This document shows, piece by piece, positions 11,674 through 23,912 of a DNA stretch of 64,000 bases (within the stretch, counting starts at the first letter, position 1; every line of letters begins with the position of its first letter). Origin of the DNA: Carcharhinus amblyrhynchos (Eukaryota); assembly GCA_965287045.1 (NCBI GenBank), contig OZ336877.1, positions 86,180,001 to 86,244,000 of the forward strand, given 5' to 3'. Position numbers and translations under genes: made by a program. The notes under the pieces are model-generated. The model searched no databases and had not been told where the DNA came from. It was given only the letters and a program-made list of their open reading frames with translations.

Positions 11674-11924
11674 CGAGAGGTCTGTTCCTGTCCCTGAGGT
11701 CTCTGTGGTTGGGATGTCTGTATGAATCCCTGTAGTGGTGAGCCATGGCCATATCATCCAGACGGTAGTGCTGAGGTGGGGGTGGTGTTGGGTGAGGCAG
11801 GCCGTTGGGCTGGTAGGATAACCCATTATTTGGACTAAACCGTTGGTTGGGGCTTATAGTGCAGGGCCGCTTGCTAGGATGCTCTGAGTGCAAAGGCTCA
11901 CGATCGTAGCCATTCTCTTTGGTT
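11674..11924 (-). CDS. RUNX1T1: RUNX1T1 coding exon 6 (251 nt)
   Basis: ttgcag acceptor, GTGAGT donor. Encodes [25 protein letters not shown]...[37 protein letters not shown]. Confidence 0.97.
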
Positions 11925-12558
11925 CTGCAAGACATGCAAGAGGTTCAACTATAAACACGTGGCAACTGTCTAGCTACTATTATGCAAAAGTTTAGCAATA
12001 ACCTAAAAAATACATTCCTTTATTAGTACAAAATACACTTAACTACACTATTGCTAAATTCCATTTAAAGAGATTTCTTAATTTACTCTTCCATGCTGAA
12101 GTCAAATTTTGTTTGCTACAACTGCATCCCTATGCTAATGGAAAAACAGAATGATCTTTTTAATGAGCTATTTTAATGGACTCAACCTCATCGCAGCTAC
12201 TCAGCCATAGCTGACCATATGCAGGAAGAAAAGCAGCAAAACTGTCAATTGTTTCCCTTAAAGCAGCATTTTCCAAGTTACTCATCACTTGCCATCATAA
12301 AAAAAATTACAGACAGGATTAAACACAGATCTATGGGTTCATTAATTAACTCAACAAAGAATGAGGTGGGGGGGGGGGAAGGAATCCTCCCTGACTCAGA
12401 TTTTCCAGCAAGATGTTACAATTTAAGAGAAAAAAGTACAAGTCAGCATTCACGCGCATGCTTTTCTTTTTGCACCGTTGATGTGTCCGCACCGGTACAT
12501 TTCAGCTCTAAAAGAAACCCCCACACTCTTGTTGATAAATTGCTGCCATTTGTCTCAC

Positions 12559-12740
12559 CTGTCTGGAGTTCGCCTTTTCCCATTTTCATTAACATCAAGC
12601 AGCAGCTCGGAGGAGTCGACGGGTGAGGTGGTGCTGGCATCCAGCAGCAGCTGCTCATGCTGTGCGAGGTACTGTGCCGGGTTCTGCTTGGCCAAACGTG
12701 CGCAGTGAAGTAGCTCCCTCTGCAGAAGGGGCAAGTTGGC
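12559..12740 (-). CDS. RUNX1T1: RUNX1T1 coding exon 5 (182 nt)
   Basis: ttgcag acceptor, GTGAGA donor. Encodes [60 protein letters not shown](R). Confidence 0.97.
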
Positions 12741-13389
12741 CTGCAAGAAGAATGGCACACACAAAAAAAACAATATCACAGTCGGCGCAGCCACACGGGA
12801 GAATTCGCCAGGACCCAGCTGACCTCGTAGATGGATGAATAAGCAAATAACAAACGTGGCCTAACAGCACAATGAGTTATTTGCTGCACTTGGAAGCTAT
12901 CTTTCTGGATTTGCTTTTCCCTGCGACGGGATGCCAGTCATCATGGGCTGCTGTAGCGTCGGGTTGTGAAGCACTGGTTAAATGTGGCTGCAGTTTCGCA
13001 CTGGGAGCTCTGCAACCGTGTAATTATGAAACGGGATAATGACACTCCGACATGGAAGCAATTGTTCAACTTGATCTAAAACAACCAAAAGGGTTGCCAT
13101 AGTGACGGTGCTAGTAGGAAGCTGCCGGCACCAAATCACCAATTAGCAAAAACGGGAGGAACATGAATTTATAACATTTCAACACTGGTCAGTCTATGTT
13201 TAATTGAAGCGCACAAAGTCAAAGGATTAGCATACAAAAGAAAGATTGGGTGATCCTTGGTAGTTTGGAGTTACAGAAAGTTTCACGTATGAATTTGCAC
13301 ATCCTAAATAATGTGATTGATTTTTAATGCCTTCAGAGCTGACCGAGCAAGCCACAATTCTAAAACAAGTAAAATGGGAATACTGAACT

Positions 13390-14770
13390 GTTCTACTGGC
13401 ACTGACCCAGGCATCAGATCAGAGCAAGAATCAAGTCATTGCAGCTCAGTGGACCCTACAGGATTCTGACATCAACACATGACCATTAGTTGCCAGGTTA
13501 CAAACGCTGTCTCAAAAATTAGTCTTGCAGCAAACTGTTATGGTTGTATTCAGTAATTTCTATCTGCCAACATCCCAGAGTCCTCCATTAAACTCGTAGA
13601 CACATTCAACGTACAACATGGATTCCACCAGAGCCACTGGACATCAGACCCCAACAAGACATGGAACAGGCATAGACAAAAGCATCCAGTGCAAAGAGCT
13701 GTCAGAGTAACATCTTCTGTGACAAGCAGTCACATCTGACCAGAGGTCACCAAGCCCTGGAATGTCATTGCTAGAGTAGCTCAGGGCAATGCCCTTGGTT
13801 CAACTGTCTTCAACTGATTCATCAATATTCATCCATCTGCCGCAAGGTCAAAAGTCAGGCTATTTTCTAATGTTGTGCTTCACCCATAGCTCTTCAGATA
13901 TGAAAAGAGATGATGTAAGCCTGTATCAGTGCACAAACACCAGATAAGTTTGGGTTGACATGTGGTAGGCAACACTGGTGCCACCCATATGCCAGGCAAT
14001 GATAACCAACAAGAAATGGTCCAACAGCTTCACTAAACAGCAACAAAACCACCATCACTAAGTTGCTCATCACGAACATCTCTTGGGCTTACTATTGACT
14101 AGAACCTTAATTGGACTGGCTAGTCAAAGTGACACTTCGTCAAAAGAAGAAAGCAGTGTCTCATTGATAAATGAATCACCTTCTGACACCTCAAAGGCTC
14201 AATTTTTGAGTGTAGTGAAATACCAGATGCCTGGATGAGTGCAGCCACAATAATATTTAATAGCTTTAATATCAGAGAACCAAAGAAATGTTCTGGTGCA
14301 GAAAGAGGCCATTCAGCCCATCATGTCTACACCAGCCAGAAAGGAGAAAAAAAACCTAGCTGCTCATTTTAATCCCCCTTTCAGGCACTTTCCTCATCTG
14401 CGATAGAGTTACTTCTTGACTCTGAATTCAACATTCAATCTCTCCATGTCTACAACATACTGCGGATACAGCATATATTATCTACACATTGTACCACAAC
14501 AATTCATCAACCTTATTTTCACAGCAGTGTCTAGCCTCATGAGCTCTACTGCCGAGTAGAATAACAGCAACAATGTTAGGGGACATCACTTCCAAGTCAC
14601 ATGTAATTCTGATCTGGAAATATCATAGTTCCATCATAATTGCCGGGTCAATATCCTAGGACTCCCATTTAACACCAATATCATCACATTGTCTGCAGTT
14701 GCTTAAAGCAACTCACCACTTCATTCTCTGGGCAACTATGGATAAGCAATAAATGTGGCCTTGCTGGATC
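13390..14770 (+). mobile_element. Highly decayed CR1/L2-group LINE
   Basis: RT motif remnant agagtagctcagggcaatgcccttggttcaactgtcttcaactgattcatcaat (GVPQGS.LGP..F..FIN-like), and a 3' tail ending caataaatgtggccttgc. Confidence 0.6.
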
Positions 14771-14969
14771 ACCAACCTCCTATGGACCAATTTCTAAAAA
14801 TTGTAAACAGAATAACACGGTGCACAGTTCAGAGGAAACTGGAAAATCCAGTTCATGCAGGAAACCAAATGTCCAATAGTGTTATATCATTGCCAGGCAA
14901 ACTGAATCAGTGACCAAGAGTAAATGTGAGAAGTATATACACAATGAGGAAAAAAAACACTAAACAGAA

Positions 14970-15658
14970 GTCGAAACAAATTCCATGAGGGAAGACCCTC
15001 ATTGCGTGACTTCATTGAAGAAGTCACAAGATTGTGGTAAGGCCTATAATATAATACATCTAGAATTCCAAAAGACAGTCAACCAGATTTTGAGATGAAA
15101 GACTATTATATAAGCCAAATCCAGTGTAAAAACTTAGGAATGGATAATGGGTAAGAAATTGGCCAAAAGATTAACAACAATGGATGCTTACTGAAAGAGT
15201 TAGGTCAGGGTGGAGAGGAAGGACTTAAGTGGTGAGTACCAGTCAGGACTCATTTTCAATTTAGATCATTGACTTGGATTTAGAAATTAATCAAGGTACA
15301 GTTATTAACAAAGAAGAAGGGGGAATGGAACCAGAGGAGGTAGCTCAGGAATTTCAAAGTGAGTTTAGTAAAGTATATAATAATAGGTCAAATAATCTCA
15401 AATAAATTTGAATGGAGACAAATGAGAAATATTACACTCAAGGAAAGGAAAATGAGCAACATGTAGACTGCATAGATTAGACTGAAATAGCCAAGTACGA
15501 AGCTAAAACACACTTTAGTTTTCAAGGACTAGATGTTCAGCAGATTCAACCAGAGCGGCAATGAACAAAATCAATGTAGATGTTCAACCATATAGCTAAA
15601 ATGATAAAATGTAGGTTAAAGGAAGTTCTTCGCAAACTATATAGCGCTGTCAAAGAAC
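14970..15658 (+). mobile_element. Decayed CR1 LINE RT fragment
   Basis: Remnant of ..DFIEEVT....IIYLEFQK.. (CR1 VIYLDFQKAFD motif). Confidence 0.55.
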
Positions 15659-15659
15659 T

Positions 15660-15972
15660 GAGAGCAGCACAGTGGTTAGCACTGCTGCCTCATAGCATCA
15701 GGGACCTGGGTTTGATTCCCTGCTTGGGTCACTGTCTATGTGGAGTTTGCACATTCTCCCCATGTGTGTGTGGGTTTCTCTGGGTGCTCTGGTTTCCTCC
15801 CACAGTCCAAAGATATGCAGGTTAGGTGGAATGGCCATGCTAAATTGCCCCTTAGTGTCAGGGGGATTAGCTAGGGTAAATGCATAGGGTTATGGGGATA
15901 GGGCCTGGTGGGACTGTGGTTGGTGCAGAATTGATGGGCCAAATGGCCTCCTTCGGCACTGTAAGATTCAAT
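15660..15972 (+). mobile_element. HE1-type SINE
   Basis: Near full length: gcacagtggttagcactgctgcctca...gatgggccaaatggcctcc. Confidence 0.9.
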
Positions 15973-17197
15973 GAAAAGAGAGAGACCCGAACTTTCCGGC
16001 CCTGACAAAGATGTTTGAAATTGATCTTACACGTGATTGCAAAGTGTAGAGAAGTATGGCCAGAACAGGACTTCCACATAAGTAACAATGTGATCAAATA
16101 ATAAGGAAAATTTAGGACTAAACCATATGGAGAGGAATGAATCTCAACTGTGAAGACAAAAATAATGGTATAATTGAAGTAATAATTAATTGCTGCAATG
16201 AGACAGAGGTAGATCTTGCTTGATAGATGATGGCTCTTCTAATCTGTATTAGGTTTGGACTGATTGGAGCCCAAGGAACTGCAACACCATTGGGTTAGGG
16301 TGGAAATTCATTACGATTCTTGATAACAGGATGCAAATGGCAGAGGATTGGGCTAGCCTGCAAAGCTTGGTGGTAAAGCGCTCTTATCATTTTTGCATAT
16401 TTAATAGCCACTTGGGTAATGGTGCCCCCATAATTGTATTTCAGCAAGCGGCAATAATTTGAGGGGGTGGGGAGTGGAAGCAAAGGAAGAAAATGGTCAG
16501 CAAATGGAAAACAAAAGAAAATGTTCAGGCTGTACCAGTGCCACAAGGTCAATGTGAAGTCATTGCATAATTCTTAAATGAGTACTAATGTTACTAGCTT
16601 GCCTGCAAACCGAAAAAGACAGAATACTTTCCTACTGGAAAAACAGATTCATGTTGTCCCAAAACCATTGCTCAAAACTGATTTCTTGGAAACATCATAC
16701 ACAGAAAACTAATAAAACTTCAGAAAGGCATGCCATTCAAAATTAATAAAAAGCATGCCAAGCAGATATGTTCATAAAGTCTCTAAATCAGTAACAAACA
16801 CAATTATACATTGGCAGACGTCAAGCAGTCATGTAGGAATTTAAGTCTGCTGCTCAAAACTCTTCCATCTCTTCATTACCTCTAGATGTGACTATTCCAA
16901 TATGCCCCTGGCTGGTCTCCTACATTCTACCCTCTGTAAACTTGAGGTCATCCAAAACTATGCTGCCTGTATCTTAACTCACATCAAGTGCTGTTCACTT
17001 CTCACCCTTGTTCTCAACTTGTGATCTTTTCAATCCTCTCATGTGAATGCAAAATACCCTATGGGAACTCTCACCAGCAGTCTTGCCAAAATTTAGTTTC
17101 TCAGCCAACATGCCTGAATAGATTGTCTGGTCATCATCATATTTCTGTTTGTGGGACTTTCCTGTATGCAAATTGCCTTCTACATTTTCTACATAGC

Positions 17198-17961
17198 CAT
17201 GATGTGGAGATGCCAGTGTTGTACTGGGGTAAACACAATAAGAAGTCTCACAACACCAGGTTAAAATCCAACAGGTTTATTTGGTAGCAAAAGCCACTAG
17301 CTTTCGGAATGCTGCTCCTTCGTTAGGTAAGTGGGAGTTCTATTCACAAACGGCGTATAAAGACACAAATTCAATTTACAAAATAATGATTGGAATGCGA
17401 ATCTTCACAGGTAAACATGTCTTTAAGGTACAGACAATGTGAGTGGAGAGAGGGTTAAGCACAGGTTAAAAAGTGATGTATTTTGTCTCCAGCGGGGACA
17501 GTTAGTGAGATTCTGCAAGCACAGGCAAGTCATGGGGGTTACAGATAGTGTGACATGAATCCAAGATCCCGTTTGAGCCCATCTCATGTATATGGAACTC
17601 CACACACATGAGGATGGGCTCAACCAGGATCTTGGATTCATGTCACACTATCTGTAACCCCCATGACTTGCCTGTGCTTGCAAAATCTCACTAACTGTCC
17701 ATGCTGGAGACAAAACACATCACTTTAACCTGTGCTTAACCCTTTCTCCACTCACATTGTCTGTACCTTAAAGACATGATTACCTGTAAAGACTTGCACT
17801 CCAATCATTATTTTGTAAATTGAGTTTGTGTCTTTATATGCCCTGTTTGTGAACAGAACTCCCACTTACCTGATGAAGGATCAGCACTCTGAAAGCTAGT
17901 TGCTTTTGTTACCAAATAAACCTGTTGGATTTTAACCTGGTGTTGTGAGACTTCTTCCTGT
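17198..17961. mobile_element. Penelope-like fold-back remnant inserted in a DeuSINE/L2-type tail
   Basis: Arms about 17236-17589 and 17606-17958 are reverse complements, with TSD attttc(c)tacatagc. Same family as 4822-5799. Hammerhead core at 17870-17900. Confidence 0.88.
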
Positions 17962-18249
17962 ATTTTCCTACATAGCAACAATGGCTTAAAGTTAAAAATA
18001 CCTAATTAGCAGAAAAACATTTTGGGGTGTCTCAAGTTGTGAAAGATGCTGTACGGATGCACAGAAATGATGAGCAGTAAGACATTTAACTCTTCGCGCC
18101 TGCTCTGCCTCTCAACGAGATCTTGGGCTGGATTCCCTGTCATTGCCTGCAGCTGGGAATCTGGTCCCGCTGAGCATCAAATTCTCCATTCTCGCTGGCA
18201 GCAACCACAAGGCATGAACTGTCTGGGATTTCCAGCCTATATCTGACCT

Positions 18250-19570
18250 ATGATCTCAATCCATACAAGTACATTTGCCTCATATTTCTTAATGCCTTTG
18301 GTTAACAGAGATCAGTCTCTGTTTTAAAATTTCATAATTGATCTAGCATCAATTGTAGATTGTGGAAGAGAGTTCCAAATTTCAGCCATCCGTTGCATGT
18401 TTTTCAAATTCACTCCTAAAGGGTCTGGCTCTAATTTTTTAAACAATGCCCTCTAGTTCTAGGCTTTCCAACCAGCAGAAACAGTTCTCTCATAAACCTT
18501 ATTTGGTCCCCTTCATACCTTGAAAATTTTGATCAAACCACTTCACCTTCCAAATTCCAAGTAATATAAATGCAATCTCTTCTCAGAATTAAATCTTTCA
18601 AATCCAAATATCATTCTGGTTAATCTGTACTGCTTTCACTCCAAGGTCAATACATCCTTCTTTAGACATAGTACCCAAAACTGTACATAGTATTCCAAAT
18701 GTGATCCAAATAGGGTTCTGTATAGCTGAAGCATGACTTCTACCTTCTTATATTCTCCTCCTATAAAGGCCAGCATTTCATTAATTTTTTGATTATGTTC
18801 TGTACATTTTCATGACATTTTAATGCAGGATATGCCTGACCACCTCCCCCGCATCCCCCCCCCCCAAAGTTTCTTCTGACCTCCACAATTTCTAGTCTTT
18901 CACTATTTAGAAAGCATCTTGCTTTACCCTTATAAGATCAAAAGTGGCTGACCTCACATTTGTCTATATTGAAATTTATTTCCCACAGTTTCTGTCCAAT
19001 TGCTTAACCTCTCAATAATTTTACACATCCATCCTTAATGCCATCTTTGTGTCATCAGCAAATTTGAGCATGTGACTTTCTATCCCATCATCTAACTTGT
19101 TAATAAATACAGTAATAGTTGAGTTCTAACATGTAGAGTGGGATTGTCCGGCCAAGCTCGCCGTGGATTGGAAAATCCCACCCGAGGTCCACGAACCTTT
19201 GCACGGTCAGCGCCACCCACTATGATTCCGGTGGTGGGGAGTGATGGGAAAATTCCACCCAAAATCTTGTGGAACAGCACTAGTCACATTCTGCCAATTT
19301 CTGCATACTATCCCTACTCGCTGTCTTATGCTGCTCAGTTTATTTCCTAATTAGGTTAATAATCTGCCTTCAATTCCACGTGAGTCAACTTTAGTAAACG
19401 TCTCTTTGTGAAATGTCTTTTGGATGTCCATATAAATAACAGCCAGAGGCATTCCCCGGCTCACTGCTTCAGGCACCTTGTCGAAAAAGTCGAGCAGATT
19501 TATCAGGCAGGGTCTACCCTGGATAATCCACACTGGCTCTCTCTGATCAGCTGAAAACTTTCAGTTCAGT
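18250..19570 (-). mobile_element. Decayed CR1 LINE (interrupted by a MITE at 19134-19260)
   Basis: ORF 19351-19533 GRPCLINLLDFFDKV...LAVIYMDIQKTF is a CR1 RT motif; typical CR1 3' region toward 18250. Confidence 0.8.
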
Positions 19571-20844
19571 CACTGAACGAAGGCATTTATTCTTCATACT
19601 CAATGCATTTGTATAACGAATGCCTATTTGGCCCACACAGCCTAATCTGCTCTTCTGTTCTCATGTTTTAGTCACACCTTTCTTTTTTCACACTCCTGCT
19701 ACAGAATGTAATGCCCTTCCCTGAGTTTGGAGGTGGGAAAGCATTTAGTTGGAATAGAATGTGCAAGCTGGGGTTCCCATGGCCTTCTTTCACCTGCCCC
19801 AATGAAGCCTGTGGGTGAGGGCAGGGCAGGGGGGGGGCTCATGGATGGCCTTCCTTCCCCAGTGCCAAATGAGGTCCTTAAATGAGCAATTAATGCCCAC
19901 GCAAGGCCTTTTTTCAATTGCCACTGTTTGTCAACCAGTGGTAGCAGGGCAGTTGCTATGCAGGGAACCCTATGCTGGGCCTCTGGTGGCTGCATGACTA
20001 GCAGTTGCCACCTCTGCCTGCAATGGAGAGCTGCTGGCCTCTGATTGATTGGCAGCTGTCAGAGGGCAGGATTTCTGGGTTCCTGCTAATGGGGAAAGGC
20101 CCATCACTGGCCACTGAGGTGCCCGGTTGGATGTGATGCAAGGCTTTTGCCAGCTCTCCAGGTGGTGACCTAGACCCTTGTGGCCTGAATTAAATTTCTG
20201 CCCTTTTAATTGCTTTATGTTATTTAGTTTCCTCTTTATTCTGCCATCAGTGGTGAACCTAAAGTAACGGCATACAAAGCAGAATGCCAGAACCAGGGAT
20301 CAGTTAATGCAAAAGGGGCATAAAATTACACGAGGTAGGAGAATGTGAGCCTGTGGAGGATTTTTTAAATTGGCATGGGAATTTCCGTAGGCCAGTGAGA
20401 ATGAAATCGGACTTTGTGTGAAACCAGTGTTTTGGATAAGTGGGAGCTTATTGAGGGTATGGGTTAGGAAGCTGAAGAGGAATAAACAAAAGTTATGGAT
20501 GATTGTACACAAAACTGCAAAAGCAAGCAGTATTATTAATGTAAATGCTATGGTATTGAAGCCTAGTTCTGGTTCAAATAGGATGTCACAGCTGTGCAAA
20601 CTTTGGCTCAGGTAGATTCAGGAGCAGATAGGAAATTTGCAGGTGATCCACGTAAAATAACGGACACGTTCACAAACTCCATGACTGAGCCTTTACCTGA
20701 GTTTACAAATAGAAATTCTACCTGTTTTTGTACAGGTGTGTGGACTGGTATTATACAAATTAGACTGCAGAAAATATTGTAAATATTCATTGTGTGATAA
20801 ATTTTAACAGCAACATTTTTAAGAGCTGCCTTAAATGAATTAAT

Positions 20845-20962
20845 GATGTGAAGATGCTGGCGTTGGACTGGGATTACCTGATAAAAAAGCAACGCTCCAA
20901 AAGCTAGTGGCTTTTGCTACCAAATAAATCTGTTGGACTTTAACCTGGTGTTGTGAGACTTT
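20845..20962 (+). mobile_element. Short Penelope pLTR fragment with degenerate hammerhead
   Basis: gatgtgaagatgctggcgttggactggg...aagctagtggcttttgctaccaaataaatctgttggactttaacctggtgttgtgagact. Confidence 0.8.
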
Positions 20963-22086
20963 TTATTAAATGAATCAATACAACGGCCTAAATTTTCTGG
21001 TCCCACCTGCCATAGGAATCACCATGGCAAGACAAAAAAATTTGATGGACCAGCAAAAACTCCATCGACTGCGGGCTGGATACTTTGGTCCTCTGGCGGG
21101 CAGGATCGGAGAATCCTGCTCTAGGAATCGGATACATTTATCAGATGCTTTCTTTGAAATTCTCAGCTAAATAATTTTTGCGGATATTTAAAAAAACACT
21201 CAAATCTCCACTGACTGTACTCAAAAGAGTTAATTCCATTTAAGTGTTACACCAAACTAAAAAAGTGACAACAGAAAGTAATGGGGGAGGGTGGAATCTC
21301 AGAGCCAGAGAAAGTAATTACAATGGTGTCTAATATCTTTCCTGTAAATGATTCTCCATAACATGAAATAGAATCGAGAGTCTGTGGCTTACATTAGCCT
21401 AATGAAAACAAGACTTTAATGCATATTGTTACAGCTGGGATTGAATGCAGTTATTAAGGTCCGCGTTCCCACAACCATATGGTTTTTGTCATTAATGTCT
21501 CCTTTGAGGAAAGGCACTAAAATTAGAAAAAAAAGTTGCATCTTTGATTCCAGTGATCCCCATGAAATGATATGGTAACCATATGGCGTACAGCAGTGAG
21601 GGAAGATTCTGGAAGTGTCCTTGTATGCTTTTTTGGCTTTTTTCACCGCCAACCTGACCCTAAAGGGAGCTGTTTCCATGATGAAAAAGTCAGTAATATT
21701 CACAAAGGAAATGGCATTTGCATGATGCAATTCAATCGCAGCACTAATAGTTGCTTGGCCAAAAAGCATGCAATAATTATGTGCTTTTTATTTAAAAACA
21801 TTTAAAACACCCTTAAGCTTTCAAAAAGATGTTCACGTTTTAGAATGTCTGACTGCAGTGCAGGCAAATCCCAATTGGTCCATTTTGATTTCACATGTCA
21901 GTTCTTAGAAACGAATGCCTGTTTACCAAGGAAATACGCACGCACATAAATGTACTTCGAGCAAGTCAAACATGCAACTGAAGATATTTCAAAAGCAGTA
22001 GTTTACATTATTATTTAAAATTGTCAGTGATTTGTTATTGGCCCATAGTCACTCTGCAGAGTTTCACCATTGCCAAATAGAGACAT

Positions 22087-22215
22087 AGGCTGGAATTTTA
22101 TTGTCCTACCCACCACGGGAATTGAGACGGATGAGAGGGACGGACAATGGGAAGGTCCATTGACCTTGGTTGGGATTTTACAGTTTCGAACGAGTGAAGC
22201 AGTAAAATCCCGCCC
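22087..22215. mobile_element. About 130-bp MITE; related copies at about 18124-18237, 19134-19260, 20985-21121, 53282-53490 and 57919-58013
   Basis: TIRs of the form ggctggaatttt...aaaatcccgccc recur in all listed copies. Confidence 0.7.
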
Positions 22216-22219
22216 ATAG

Positions 22220-22745
22220 TAAATAGAAGCAGGAGTCGGCTAGTCGAGCTGGCTCCATTATTCAATACGATTATGGCTGATTCTCTATCTCAGCGCCATT
22301 CTCTCGCACTCTCCCCCAAACCGCTTGACTTTAGAGACAAGAAGCTACAAGAGACAAGAATTCACTACCCCTGAAAGTAGTTGAGGCCAAAATGTTGTGT
22401 GAGTTTAAGAAGAAATTTGATATAGCTCTTGGGAAGAGACCAAGGGATATTGGGGGGTGGGGGGAAGCGGAGGGGGGTGGAGGGGCTGGGGGTTAGGATA
22501 TCAATTTTGATGATCAGCCATGATCATAATGAATGGCAGAGCAGGCTTGAAGGACCGAATGGCCTACAAGTGCTTCTAGTTTCTATGTTTACTTCTGAAG
22601 TATATTCAGACAAATAGCATCTGCAGTCTTATGGGAGAGAATTCCACAGTTTGAGCACCCTCTGAGTGAAGAAATTGCTCCTCATCTCAGTCCTAAATGG
22701 CCTGCCCCGTACTTTGAGACCATGACCACTTGTTCTAGTTGCCCC
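22220..22745. mobile_element. CR1 LINE 3'-end fragments in both orientations
   Basis: gatcagccatgatcataatgaatggcagagcaggcttgaaggaccgaatggcctac tail (+) nested in a minus-strand CR1 tail. Confidence 0.7.
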
Positions 22746-22769
22746 TCCACACTCCCCCAAAAGAACAGT

Positions 22770-23248
22770 GGCATGGTAGTGCAGTGGTCAGCACTGTTAC
22801 CTCACAGCATCACAGACCCGGGTTCAATTTCAGCCTCGGTGACTGTCTGCGTGAAGTTTGCATGATGTCCCTGTGAATGCATGGGTTTCCTCTGGATGCT
22901 CCGATTTCCTCCCACATTCCAATGATGTGCAGATTAGGTTGATTGGCCATGCTCAATTTCCCCTTACGATGTGGAGATGCCAGCGTTTGTGGCCCTGTTT
23001 ATGATCAGAACTCTCCACTCACCTGACGAGGGAATAGCATTCCGAAAGCTAGTGGCGTTTACTACCAAATAAACCTGTTGGACTTTAACCTGGTGTTATG
23101 AGCTTCTTAGTGCAATTTCCCCTTAGTAAGGGGAACTAGCAGGGTAACTACGTAGGATTACGGGGATAGGGCCTGGTTGGGATTGTTGTCAGTATGGGCT
23201 CGATGGGCCAAATGGCCTCCTTCTGCACTGTAGGGATTCTATGATTCT
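22770..23248 (+). mobile_element. HE1-type SINE containing a 146-bp Penelope pLTR insert (22967-23112)
   Basis: SINE consensus interrupted, with perfect 13-bp TSD caatttcccctta at 22954-22966 and 23113-23125. Confidence 0.88.
23020..23055 (+). ncRNA. Minimal hammerhead motif with perfect stem II
   Basis: CAC CTGACGA gGGAATagcATTCC GAAA GCTA GTGG. Confidence 0.7.
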
Positions 23249-23822
23249 ACACATCCAGTCTTCCTGGTGGCTTAACTGGAAACACTATACAATTGATCCT
23301 TCGGGATTTAATGTTAGGAGCTATGTGCACCCAACTCCAGATGACATAATTTATGGGCAATAGCAAGGAGAACAAGACAGCCATCCAAATTTCCACAGAA
23401 GTTTGAGGGAGAAAGTGGGAATAGATGTAAAACCCTGGGTGGTATAAGTGTGGATTTGATCTGACAGTGCAAGGAAATTATATCACAAGTTCAGAAATAG
23501 TATCAGATGTTAAGCTATAGATTCAGATATGAATTTTGCACCCTTGCAATAAAACTGGAGCAATCCACATGGTTTTCCTTTATTAAAAGTTACTTTGAGT
23601 TTTGCCAACAAATCCTTCACCAAACTTTATAAAATGATTCTCGGTGTTAAGAGCTATGAGGCACTTTAACTTGATAATACATCATGTGGCGCATTATTGT
23701 AACATTCCAGCAACACAAGGGTTTAACCCAGGAAGTACCTGCTACAGTGCTGACTATACCAAGTGCTCGCAGGGACAAAAGGTTGAACGGTTTAGAAGAT
23801 AAGTGAAAAATGTCATAAATAC

Positions 23823-23912
23823 CTTTAGAAACGGTATAACAAAAGGTCGGAGAGGAAAATTCGTAGCTTCTTGAAGCTTGGAATGAAATTCTTCAATTGT
23901 CAAGGTAGAATT
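23823..23912 (-). CDS. RUNX1T1: RUNX1T1 coding exon 4 (90 nt), TAFH/NHR1
   Basis: ttttgcag acceptor, GTATTT donor. Encodes [30 protein letters not shown], phase 0-0. Too short for the ORF track. Confidence 0.97.

Noticed and set aside
14828-14853. 25-bp similarity (ttcagaggaaactgga..atccagt) to 10234-10258 in the candidate 9a-like exon
   Set aside because: Too short to interpret; may be chance, though it slightly raises the possibility of repeat origin for that exon.
15660-15730. tRNA genes at SINE heads
   Set aside because: A/B boxes continue directly into the SINE body; no complete cloverleaf.
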